From Acidimicrobiales bacterium (GTDB lineage: Bacteria; Actinomycetota; Acidimicrobiia; Acidimicrobiales; Aldehydirespiratoraceae), in contig OZ220692.1 of assembly GCA_965116485.1 (NCBI GenBank), positions 3,392,011-3,456,010 on the forward strand: 64,000 nucleotides of DNA. The letters are read 5' to 3'. Below are positions 1 through 8,991 of the stretch, in pieces. The position numbers and the translations under genes are program-made. The first letter of the stretch is position 1, and each line of letters begins with the position of its first letter. The notes below the pieces were generated by a model. It made no database searches. It was not told the origin of the DNA and worked only from the letters and a program-made list of their open reading frames with translations.

Positions 1-1482
1 GACGGCCTCGTCGTTCGCGTTGAGGACGAACAGATGGTCCCCTCGACGGAACGCGACAACACCATCAGGTGCTTCCTTCCAAGTCACGGTCGCGTCCATA
101 TCGCTCAGTCGCCGACGAAATTGCAGCAACGACCGCATCTTGTGAAGGTGCGCGTCGGGGTTCTGCTGTTGTGCTGCAACGGAGGACTCCACCTCATGCC
201 CTAGCGGAAGCCAAGTCCTCTCAGCGCCGGAGAAACCAAGATTGCGCCCCGGACCCCAGGGCATCGGCGTGCGGCAGACATCGCGGCCGACTGCACCGAC
301 ATTGCGGGTGGCGATCGGGTCGGATCGCAGTTCTGGTGGGACATCGCCGTCTTCGAGCCCGAGCTCTTCGCCCTGATAGATGAACGGCACGCCCGGCAGC
401 CCGAACAGCATCGCCGCGAATGCGAGGGAACGGCGCCGCCCCCTCTCGCCGCCGCCGAAGCGAGTCGCGGGACGGCTCTCGTCGTGGCTTGATTGCACCC
501 ATCCGACTCTGTCACCGAGACGTTCGGAGGTCTCGCGCAGCGTCCACACGATGTCGGGCGCGGTCCACGGCATCTGCATCGGCGCGAACCAGAACCCGAG
601 GTGCAGTCCGTCGCCCGGCACCAGATCGGCCAGGCCAGCCGGTTCCAGCACGTACGTTTCACCGATCAGCGCAGTGTCGTAGCGCTGCGCGATCCGTCGC
701 CAGTCACGGTAGATCTCGAGGCTCTCGGGCTGTTGCAGATCGAACCGATGCTCGAAGCAGCGGAACTGCTCACGGGGATGCGTCATACCGGCCGGATCGG
801 CGAGCTGGGGGTTGTCGCGGAACTCGCTGTCCTTGATCAGAGCATGGGCCACGTCAATACGAAAGCCGTCGACGCCCCGCTCGAACCAGAACTCGAGCGT
901 CTGTTCGAATTCTGCTCGGAGGGCGGGATTGCGCCAGTTGAGATCGGGCTGTTCGGGCAGGAACAGATGGCAGTAGTACTGTCCGCTCGCTTCGTCGAGT
1001 GTCCAGGCCGGACCTCCGAAGTGCGCGACCCAGTTGTTGGGCGGTCCGCCGTCGGGCGCCGGATCGCGCCAGAGGTAGTAGTCGCGGTAGGGACCGGTCG
1101 GATCCTCGATCGCGGCACGGAACCAGCGGTGTTGGCTGCTGGAGTGGTTGGGAACGATGTCGAGCACAACCTTCAGGCCCAGCTCGTGTGCCCTGTCGAT
1201 CAGCTTCTGCATCGCCTCCAGGTCGCCGAAGATCGGTTCGATGTCGACGTAGTCGGCGACGTCGTAGCCGTGGTCGGCCATTGGCGACGGGTAGCAGGGA
1301 GTGATCCAGACGATGTCGATGCCCAACCAGGCGAGATAGTCCAGACGCTCGGTTATCCCCATCAGGTCGCCGATTCCGTTCCCGGTGCTGTCGGCGAAAG
1401 AGCGGATGTAGACCTCATAGCCGACGGCGTTGTGCAACCAGTCCGGCTTGTTTGTCGCCGGTGTCGTGGTGGTGTCAGACAT
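1..1482 (-). CDS. GH13 alpha-glucosidase/alpha-amylase family glycosyl hydrolase (3' end runs off the window)
   Basis: Absent from the ORF track because it is open at the edge. Manual translation from ATG 1482 gives MSDTTTTPATNKPDWLHNAVGYEVYIRSFADSTGNGIGDLMGITERLDYLAWLGIDIVWITPCYPSPMADHGYDVADY, the canonical GH13 N-terminus. GGAGG RBS upstream. Confidence 0.92.
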   Translation of the reverse strand, partial: MSDTTTTPATNKPDWLHNAVGYEVYIRSFADSTGNGIGDLMGITERLDYLAWLGIDIVWITPCYPSPMADHGYDVADYVDIEPIFGDLEAMQKLIDRAHELGLKVVLDIVPNHSSSQHRWFRAAIEDPTGPYRDYYLWRDPAPDGGPPNNWVAHFGGPAWTLDEASGQYYCHLFLPEQPDLNWRNPALRAEFEQTLEFWFERGVDGFRIDVAHALIKDSEFRDNPQLADPAGMTHPREQFRCFEHRFDLQQPESLEIYRDWRRIAQRYDTALIGETYVLEPAGLADLVPGDGLHLGFWFAPMQMPWTAPDIVWTLRETSERLGDRVGWVQSSHDESRPATRFGGGERGRRRSLAFAAMLFGLPGVPFIYQGEELGLEDGDVPPELRSDPIATRNVGAVGRDVCRTPMPWGPGRNLGFSGAERTWLPLGHEVESSVAAQQQNPDAHLHKMRSLLQFRRRLSDMDATVTWKEAPDGVVAFRRGDHLFVLNANDEAV

Positions 1483-1484
1483 GG

Positions 1485-2411
1485 TTACCTCCCTACCGTC
1501 GCCAGCCATGAGACCATCGCTTCGGCCAATAGTTCGCCGACGTCGTCCTGGATGAAATGGTTGCCGGGATCGAAGAACTGATGAGGCTGGTCGCGAGTGC
1601 CCGGGATCAGTTCCAAGAGGTCGGAATCGAGGTGGCCGAGCACCGGATCGCTGCGGCCCCACAGCAGCAGCACCGGTTTGGTCCATTCGGACAGGACTTT
1701 GCGTGCGGCCAGGTTCTCGGCGACGGATTCGTGCTCGGGAGTGATCGGAACCAGACACGGAAACTCCCGCACGCAGGCCATGTAGTCCTCATCGGGGAAG
1801 GGTGCGTTGTACGCCGCCTGCTCCGCGGGACTCAGCGTTCTGGAGCTGACGGCGTTGCTGATGAGGCGTCCGCAATCGAAAGGGCTCAGTGATTGTGACA
1901 GTTCAAGCCAGAAGTCGAATCCCGGGCCGAGACTCTCGCCGTACGGCACGCCGGTGTTGCCGAGTACGAGGTGGGCAAAGCGTTCGGGCTGTTCTGCAGC
2001 CAACCGAAGCGTGATCAGTCCACCCCAGTCCTGACAGAATGCGTCCCAGGTTTCGACTTCGTCGAAGTGGTCGAGAAATTCGCTCATCCAGGCCACATGC
2101 CCGGTGTAGGTGTAGACCGAACGCTGCGTGGGCTTGTCGGAGCGCCCGAAACCGATGAGGTCGGGCACGATGACCCGATGTCCCGCCTCAGTGAGTGTCG
2201 GGATCATCCGGCGATACAGGTAGCCCCAGGTCGGCTCGCCGTGAGGCAGCAGAACAGTGCTCGCGGTTGCAGGGCCCTCATCGACGTAGGCCATCCGCAA
2301 GCCGTCCACCTCCACGTAGCGAGGTTCGTAGGCGAAACCCGGCAGATCCGAGAAACGATCCTCGGGAGTGCGAAGAAAAGGGACCCCGGCGGCGGTCTGG
2401 TGTGTGGTCAT
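1485..2411 (-). CDS. Haloalkane dehalogenase (alpha/beta hydrolase)
   Basis: LRTPEDRF N-terminus, HGEPTW, PDLIGFGRSDKP, nucleophile motif QDWGG, C-terminal HFIQD. Confidence 0.9.
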   Translation of the reverse strand: MTTHQTAAGVPFLRTPEDRFSDLPGFAYEPRYVEVDGLRMAYVDEGPATASTVLLPHGEPTWGYLYRRMIPTLTEAGHRVIVPDLIGFGRSDKPTQRSVYTYTGHVAWMSEFLDHFDEVETWDAFCQDWGGLITLRLAAEQPERFAHLVLGNTGVPYGESLGPGFDFWLELSQSLSPFDCGRLISNAVSSRTLSPAEQAAYNAPFPDEDYMACVREFPCLVPITPEHESVAENLAARKVLSEWTKPVLLLWGRSDPVLGHLDSDLLELIPGTRDQPHQFFDPGNHFIQDDVGELLAEAMVSWLATVGR

Positions 2412-2505
2412 GGGTGTGAAACCTAACGGCTTGCGAGCCGGTACGGTCTAGGTGGACTTGTCAATTGCGCCTTCTACGGTTTCGGAGCGGGCAGAGTGGG
2501 AAGCT

Positions 2506-3807
2506 ATGGACCCCCGAACAGACGCTCCCCGCAGTTTCCTGGCCTCGTCGCTGTGGGTGTTGGGGCTGTCGGCGCTGGCTGCGATGGCGGTTTGGGCGAT
2601 GGTTGCGAGCGGCGACGAGGAGCTGCCTTCGACCACGCCCACAACAAGTCCTCCGACCTCTGCGCCCGCGACATCGACGACCGTTTCCACAACAACGACG
2701 ACGACAACGATCACCACCACGGTGCCGGTCCATGAGCGGCTGCTTTCGTCGCTGATCGACGAGATGTCTCCGAGGGACAAGGCCCTGCAACTTCTGGTGG
2801 TCGGGGGTCCCGGGAAGGATCTGATAGCGACGATCGATCAGCGAGTCGGATCGAGCTGTCTGGGAGGCGTGTTCCTCACTGAGGCCCAGAACAATTGGGG
2901 ATTCGACGCCGGTGGGCGCGCCTCTGCTGCGGCGGTGTTGGAACCGGCTCGCAGATGCACGGTCGGCCCCCTTGTCGTCACTGATGCCGAGGCTGGGCTG
3001 CGGGTGTTGAAGGTCCCGGTCGAGCCGTTGGTTCACCCGACGAACCTTGATGCGGCGGTCGGTGAGGATCTGGCTCGAGCGACCGGAGAATTCACGGCCC
3101 GTTCGACCCGCTTCGCCTCGGACCTGGCTGCCGCGGGCGTGCATCTCAATCTCGGGGTGCTGGCGGACGTGGATGTGGACGCGAACCACTACATGGCCCG
3201 GCAGCGTCGCAGCTTCGGAGGTGATCCAGTAGCGGTCGCCGCGCTGTCAGGCGCCATGGTGGCGGGGCACTGCAACGCGGGAGTGGCCGCGGTTCTCAAA
3301 CACTTCCCGAATCAGGGGGCGACGCGCGCCGACCCGCACGTCGGGGATTCGGTGTCGTCCAACTCGTTTGAGCAATGGCGGTCGTTCGGTGCGGTTCCCT
3401 ACGTCGACACCGTCGCCCCGGTCGTGATGACAGGTCATATCCGCTATCAGGGTGTCGACGGGCATCGCCCAGCATCGCTTTCGTCGGAGATCACCAACGG
3501 TTGGCTGCGGGGCGAGCTCGGGTTCGGTGGGGTGGTCATCACTGACGATCTGGCCACCATGGTCGGTGTCACCAAGGAGGGAACGGCCGGGGCCCGTGCG
3601 GTGGCGGCGATCGAAGCTGGAGCCGACCTGGTGCTCTTCGTCTCCCACAGCGAGATCGAACAGATCGTCGCCTCCATTCTCGAACGTGCAGCGGCGGACC
3701 CCGGTTTTCTGACCCGGATCGACGAGAGCCTTGATCGCCTGTTGAGGCTCAAAGCCGCCCTCGGTCTCGTCGCCCCCCTCGACCCCGACCAGTTCCCGCT
3801 GTGCTAG
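2506..3807 (+). CDS. Membrane-anchored GH3 N-terminal domain glycoside hydrolase (beta-N-acetylhexosaminidase-like)
   Basis: N-terminal TM helix, Thr/Pro linker, DAEAG, RSFG, KHFPNQG...DPH, VMTGH, LRGELGFGGVVITDDL. Confidence 0.85.
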   Translation: MDPRTDAPRSFLASSLWVLGLSALAAMAVWAMVASGDEELPSTTPTTSPPTSAPATSTTVSTTTTTTTITTTVPVHERLLSSLIDEMSPRDKALQLLVVGGPGKDLIATIDQRVGSSCLGGVFLTEAQNNWGFDAGGRASAAAVLEPARRCTVGPLVVTDAEAGLRVLKVPVEPLVHPTNLDAAVGEDLARATGEFTARSTRFASDLAAAGVHLNLGVLADVDVDANHYMARQRRSFGGDPVAVAALSGAMVAGHCNAGVAAVLKHFPNQGATRADPHVGDSVSSNSFEQWRSFGAVPYVDTVAPVVMTGHIRYQGVDGHRPASLSSEITNGWLRGELGFGGVVITDDLATMVGVTKEGTAGARAVAAIEAGADLVLFVSHSEIEQIVASILERAAADPGFLTRIDESLDRLLRLKAALGLVAPLDPDQFPLC

Positions 3808-3977
3808 GTCGAGGCCGCACCTGGTTCGCCTCATCGGTGGGCCGTCCCCTCATTTGCCGGAGCACTGTCTGTCGAGCCACCGTGTGCCGGCGTCCTAGGC
3901 GACCGTGTTGAGGGGGCGGTGGGACTACGGTCGAATCGGGTGGTGACCTGTGGACACGGCGCTGGTATTCTCTGGCC

Positions 3978-4757
3978 ATGGCGCTGTCGCTGGACCGCTA
4001 CCCACCGATCACCTATGACGCCGAGCTCCCGACGGTGACCGATGTCGACGATCTGCGTCTGGTCCGCAAGTGGGAGGCGGCGATCGGTTACCGGATCTTC
4101 GCGGCGATGCGCTGGGGGCAGATGGGAGACGGTCACATCAGTGCCCGTGACCCTGTTTTGACCGATCACTTCTGGGTGCTCGGCTACGGAATCCGTTTCG
4201 CGGACGCCACCGTGGACAATCTCACTCTGGTCGGTCCCGACGGTCAGGGCGTAGCCGGGCCCACGGAGAACGGGATCAACTTCGCGGCTCACCACATCCA
4301 CTGGCCCATCCTGGACGCGCGCCCCGATCTGGTTTCGGCGGCCCATGTCCACACCCCGTTCGGCACTCCATGGGCGGCCAATGTCGAGCCGTTCCGGCCG
4401 ATCAGCCAGGAATCGTGCACGGTGGTCTTCGACCAGTCCATCTATCACGGCGAGGACCTCGAGGTGATCAGCACAGGCGGGGGAGAGGCCATCGCCCGCG
4501 CCATGGGCGACACGAGAGTGTGCATCCTGGCCAATCACGGCCTTCTCACCGGCGGTCGCTCGCCTGGCGACGCCGTCGGCAGGTTCGTAACCGCCGAGCG
4601 GGTGGCCGAAGTGCATGTGAAAGCTCCCGCCGCCGAACCGATCAACGAGGAGGCAGCCAAGGAGGCGTACGCTTCGTTGAACACTGGCGATGTGGGTTGG
4701 CGGGTGTTCCAGTGGCTGGCGCGAGATCTGGTTCCGGACCCCTCCGTCGTGTTCTGA
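3978..4757 (+). CDS. Class II aldolase/adducin family protein
   Basis: GHISARDP, IH...RPD..SAAHVH and ILANHGLLT metal-binding motifs. Confidence 0.9.
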   Translation: MALSLDRYPPITYDAELPTVTDVDDLRLVRKWEAAIGYRIFAAMRWGQMGDGHISARDPVLTDHFWVLGYGIRFADATVDNLTLVGPDGQGVAGPTENGINFAAHHIHWPILDARPDLVSAAHVHTPFGTPWAANVEPFRPISQESCTVVFDQSIYHGEDLEVISTGGGEAIARAMGDTRVCILANHGLLTGGRSPGDAVGRFVTAERVAEVHVKAPAAEPINEEAAKEAYASLNTGDVGWRVFQWLARDLVPDPSVVF

Positions 4758-4819
4758 GCGTGAGCTGGACATGAGGCAGTCGTGGAGTTCTACCGGGCCG
4801 CGGATTGTTGGGAAGCAGC

Positions 4820-5662
4820 GTGGATCAACCTCGTTGGAATGGTGATTCGATCCCGGCGGGGATCATCACTTTCCTGTTCACCGATGTGGAGGGATCCAGT
4901 CGTCTTTGGGAGGAGGACGCCGTCGCTGCAGCCCGAAGCGTGGAAGTTCACGATGCCCTGGTTCGTCGCATCGTTGAAAGGTCGGGCGGGTACATCTTCG
5001 GATGGGCCGGGGATCATTTTCGTGCGGCGTTCCAGGACGCCCAAGCGGCGGTCGATGCCGCTGTGTGCATTCAGAATGAACTCGCTCGGACCGATTGGCG
5101 GACCGGGCCCGCGTTGCGGGTGCGTATGGGACTTCATCGGGGCAGCGCCACGCGCCGAGGCGACGATTACTTCGGAACCGTCCCCAACCGAACGGGTCGG
5201 CTCGAAGCCTGTGCTTCGGGTGGCCAGATTCTGATTTCCAGTGATGTGGCCGAGGTGGTCAACCTGGAACTGCTTTCGCTGGGGCATCACCGTTTGCGGG
5301 ACGTGCCTCAGCCGATGCTGATCTACCAGATCGGGTGCAAGGACTTCCCGGCGATCAACCTGTCCGACTCGTCACGGAACGCGCTCCGCGATGCGAACTG
5401 TCCAATGATCAGTCTGGTCAGCGACCTCGGCCAGGTTCTGACAACCCGATTGAGAAGAAAGTTCTTAGCCTGTTGGGATTTTCTGATAGATATTGTTATA
5501 TATAATGTAAATGGACTCCGCAGATATCGTCATCCTAGACCGGCCCGGCGCTCTCTACCTCTGGACTGTCATGTCGGCCACAACCGAAGAGCTGGCTTGG
5601 GACCGGACAGCGGTCGACGGCTTGATCCAACAAGCGAACAGGATTCTTGCCGGATCCGCTAG
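4820..5662 (+). pseudogene. Class III adenylate/guanylate cyclase domain, probably a truncated cyclase-ATPase regulator
   Basis: TFLFTDVEGSSRLW, GD, LRVRMGLHRG, DYFGTVPNR, GGQILIS, LGHHRLRDV. After about 5440 the ORF runs through AT-rich promoter-like DNA and overlaps the next gene. Confidence 0.65.
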
Positions 5663-7382
5663 CGATCCGTCTTTGTCGCTTCGGCGAGCCCATGATGGCC
5701 TGAACAGCTTGGCGGTCGATCTGAAGTCGCGGCTAGATCAGATCGATCTGCTGTGGGCTGATGTCGAGCGAATTGAAGAGTTGTCTGCTCGCATCTCTGA
5801 CTGGCAGGTCGGCGATCGAGCAGCCCAGCTCGATCTTCTCGTGAGGAATCGTCGCGAGAGGGTCAGTGCGTTCATGGGCGGCGATGAGCAGGCAACGCAG
5901 ATGATCGTTGAATTGATCGACGGCGGGCTTGACTTCGCCAACGCGGTCGGTATCACGGAGCAGCGCCTGTTCAACCTGCGGGTGTCCGAGGTACTGGCGG
6001 AAAGAGGCGGGTCGCTCGCGGAGGCTCAGGAGTATGTCCACAATCTCGACTACCAACTGGCGGTGTTGAACGCGAACGGCTTCTTCGGAGAGGACGCTGT
6101 GGTCGGCGTCGGCTTGGCCGTGAGTCTCGGCATTGACACCGTCGAAGTCGTGGAGGTGGTGGCTCAACACGGGGTGGACCTGGTGGATGCAGTCGCGTGG
6201 ATCGCGAGCAGCCGTGCTCTTGGAGTGTCGGTACCCGAATTGCGGGCTCTGCGGGGCTTTCGTGAGAACCTTGACGATCTCGACAACCCGTCGGGCGGCA
6301 GGACCGATGGCAAAGTAAGCGTCGCTGACCTGCGCTACGTCGTCGAGCATCCATGGAAGTTCGCCGAACCGACAGTGACAGCAGCGCAGGCGCTGCTGGA
6401 CCATCCTGGACTCTGGAATCGTCTCGACACTGCGGCACGCAACGAGGAACTCCTTTCCGGCGAGGTGTTCGGCAGCGACAACCCTGGCGACGGGGTGGTG
6501 TCGCTCGACGATCTAGAGATGTTCATGGTCAAGAGCCAGATCCACTCGGTGTTGAAGGAGTATCGGAACGAGATCGATATTGCTGCCGACGCGTCAGCCG
6601 AGGTTGATGGTTTCTACTCTCGTGCAGATTTCCGGCGTTTCATCGAGGACAACCCCCATCTGCCCGACGAAGTGCTCGTTGCGGCCGACGCGGTGCTGGA
6701 AGCCGGGTGGTTCGACCGCACCTGGTTCGAGGAGCATCGTGACGAGTTGGCTCTCGGTGCGGCGCTGCTAGCGGGGGGAGCGGTGATTCTGTTGAGTGCA
6801 GGCTCAGCCACGCCGCTGGTGTTGGCGGCAGGTGCTGCGGCAGGCGCCGGAGCCGCCGGAGGCACGGCTCTGGCCATCAATCTGACCGGTGACGCCAACG
6901 ACGCCTTCGATGGCGTGATTCGCAACATCCGCAATGGAGCTGTGGTCGGGTTCACGGTCGCGGGTCTGCCGAGCGCGATCAAGTCCGTCGGAGCGACGAC
7001 CGGCGCGGCGAGAATCGAGGCCGTGTCGATGGCCGCAACCGATGTGGCTGCCATCGCTGCATGCGGCGCGTTGGACATCGTCGTTCCCGAGGACTGGGAG
7101 GACGACGTCCACGCCACCGCGGGGTTGGCAGCCTCGGCTTCGACGGCATGGTCATTCGGCGGTGGCGTGACCGGCACAGAACCGGCGCCGCAGCCGGTGG
7201 GTTCGCTCGAAGGCGGACTGGATGCCGCAGCCAACCTGATCGGCTGCGAAGCGCCCGACGACGCCGGTGAGACTCCGCCGTGGGCGCGCACAGCGGAGTC
7301 GTACCTCCGTTCGTCGAGAGACGCCCGGTCTGTGCTCGATGCCGTGCGGGCGGGCGCCGATGCCGGCCCCGCGGCCGAATGA
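5511..7382 (+). CDS. Hypothetical protein with EF-hand-like DG-x-x-S-x-x-D-L/F repeats and a C-terminal Gly/Ala-rich hydrophobic segment (start may be 5571)
   Basis: 623-aa ORF containing DGKVSVADL, DGVVSLDDL and DGFYSRADF, then a hydrophobic ALGAALLAGGAVILLSAG segment. AT-rich region with TATAAT at 5501-5506 upstream. Confidence 0.75.
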   Translation: MDSADIVILDRPGALYLWTVMSATTEELAWDRTAVDGLIQQANRILAGSASDPSLSLRRAHDGLNSLAVDLKSRLDQIDLLWADVERIEELSARISDWQVGDRAAQLDLLVRNRRERVSAFMGGDEQATQMIVELIDGGLDFANAVGITEQRLFNLRVSEVLAERGGSLAEAQEYVHNLDYQLAVLNANGFFGEDAVVGVGLAVSLGIDTVEVVEVVAQHGVDLVDAVAWIASSRALGVSVPELRALRGFRENLDDLDNPSGGRTDGKVSVADLRYVVEHPWKFAEPTVTAAQALLDHPGLWNRLDTAARNEELLSGEVFGSDNPGDGVVSLDDLEMFMVKSQIHSVLKEYRNEIDIAADASAEVDGFYSRADFRRFIEDNPHLPDEVLVAADAVLEAGWFDRTWFEEHRDELALGAALLAGGAVILLSAGSATPLVLAAGAAAGAGAAGGTALAINLTGDANDAFDGVIRNIRNGAVVGFTVAGLPSAIKSVGATTGAARIEAVSMAATDVAAIAACGALDIVVPEDWEDDVHATAGLAASASTAWSFGGGVTGTEPAPQPVGSLEGGLDAAANLIGCEAPDDAGETPPWARTAESYLRSSRDARSVLDAVRAGADAGPAAE

Positions 7383-7391
7383 TCAGTCCGG

Positions 7392-8924
7392 TCAGTTGAT
7401 CTGGCGTTGGAGGTCGGCCCAGTAGGGGGCTCGCAGCTTGAACTTCTGCAGTTTGCCGGTGGCGGTGCGGGCCAGTTCGTCACGCATCTCGACGCTGGTC
7501 GGGCATTTGTAGTGGGCGATCCGCTCACGGCAGTGGTCGATCAGGTCCTGCTCGGTGACCGTGGCGCCCGGGGCCAGCACGACGAGGGCTTTCACCGTCT
7601 CCCCCCACTTGTCGTGGGGCACGCCGATGACCGCCACCTCAGTCACGTCCGGATGAGAGAACAGGCAGTCCTCGACCTCGATGGACGACACGTTCTCGCC
7701 GCCGGAGATGATCACGTCCTTCTTGCGGTCCTGGAGGGTCACGTAGTTGTCCTCGTCGATGACGCCGCCGTCGCCGGTGTGGAACCAACCGTCGACGAGC
7801 GCGTCCGCGGTCGCTTCAGGGTTGTCCCAGTACGACTTCAGGATCACGTTGCCGCGTGCCAGCACCTCGCCGTCGTCGGCCAGCGCCATGGTGACGCCGA
7901 GCGCGGGATTGCCCTGCCGGGAGAGTTTCGAAGCCCGTTCAGCCGGGGTGAGCTCGTCCCATTCCGCCCGGTTGCGGTTGATGGTGAGAAGCGGCGCCGT
8001 CTCGGTCAGGCCGTAGATCTGGATGAACTCCCAGCCCAGTTCTGTCTCGACACGCTCGATGGTCTTGGTGGGGGGAGGCGCGCCCGCAACCACGATGCGC
8101 ACCTTGCCCCGGCCCGGGATCTCGCCTTCCCATTCCGCAGCGGCGTCGAGGATGGCGGCCACCACCGCGGGTGCGCCGCACATGATCGTGACGTCGTGCT
8201 GTTGAACCCTGCGCAGTATCTCCGCGCCGTCGACCTTGCGCAGCACCACATGGGGGACGCCCATGGCGGTCATCACATAGGGCATGCCCCAGCCGTTGCA
8301 GTGGAACATCGGCAGCGTGTGCAGGTAGACGTCACGGTCGCTGACGCCGGTGTGCCAGCCGAAGGTGGCCGCGTTGACCCAGAGGTTCCGGTGGGTCATC
8401 TCCACGCCCTTGGGCCTCGCAGTCGTGCCGCTCGTGTAGTTGATCGACGCTGTGGCCGACTCGTCGAAAGTCCAGGCAACCGGTTCGCTGCCGACCCGGT
8501 AGAGGGAGTCGCTCTGTTCGCCGGCGATGAACCGGTGCTTGACTTCGACGTCTCCGAGCGTCGACTCGAGTTCAGGGTCGATGATCAGAACCTCAGCCCC
8601 GCAATGCTCGACGATGTAGGCGACCTCCGCACGGCTCAGCCGAAAGTTGATGGGCACGGCGACCCGACCGAAAGCGCTGGTGCCGAACAGGTGGACGAGC
8701 ACACGAGCGGCGTTGTGCGACACGATCGCCACACGGGCGCCGAGGCCCACCCCGAGGTGGTCCAATCCCGCGGCCAAGCCGGAGGCCAACTCCTCGAATC
8801 GCCGGTAGGTCAGCTCCCCGAGCGAGGGCGCCGGTTGATCACTCTCGTCGATGATCCCGATTCGGTCGCCATAAACGAGCGACGCACGGCGCAGATGATC
8901 GGCAATGGTCAGCGGTACTTCCAT
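7392..8924 (-). CDS. Acyl-CoA synthetase (AMP-binding enzyme)
   Basis: YTSGTTARPKG, YGLTET, GWFHTGD, DRKKDVIISGGEN, TATGK. Confidence 0.93.
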   Translation of the reverse strand: MEVPLTIADHLRRASLVYGDRIGIIDESDQPAPSLGELTYRRFEELASGLAAGLDHLGVGLGARVAIVSHNAARVLVHLFGTSAFGRVAVPINFRLSRAEVAYIVEHCGAEVLIIDPELESTLGDVEVKHRFIAGEQSDSLYRVGSEPVAWTFDESATASINYTSGTTARPKGVEMTHRNLWVNAATFGWHTGVSDRDVYLHTLPMFHCNGWGMPYVMTAMGVPHVVLRKVDGAEILRRVQQHDVTIMCGAPAVVAAILDAAAEWEGEIPGRGKVRIVVAGAPPPTKTIERVETELGWEFIQIYGLTETAPLLTINRNRAEWDELTPAERASKLSRQGNPALGVTMALADDGEVLARGNVILKSYWDNPEATADALVDGWFHTGDGGVIDEDNYVTLQDRKKDVIISGGENVSSIEVEDCLFSHPDVTEVAVIGVPHDKWGETVKALVVLAPGATVTEQDLIDHCRERIAHYKCPTSVEMRDELARTATGKLQKFKLRAPYWADLQRQIN

Positions 8925-8991
8925 AGATACTCAGCCTAGGTGTTCCGGGTGCCGAGGTTGCCAGCGCGTCGCCGATGAGACGGCACAGGCC

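Noticed and set aside
493-1581. 362-aa plus-strand ORF
   Set aside because: Antisense shadow of the GH13 gene on the minus strand.
2506-3807. GH3 motif KHFPNQG as a sign of an inactive enzyme
   Set aside because: The D-x-H dyad and the nucleophile-region ITDD are retained, so loss of function is not supported.
7407-8939. 510-aa plus-strand ORF and similar long antisense ORFs (e.g. 9487-10494, 32848-33930, 62867-63988)
   Set aside because: High-GC codon-bias shadows of clearly recognisable genes on the opposite strand, with no motifs of their own.
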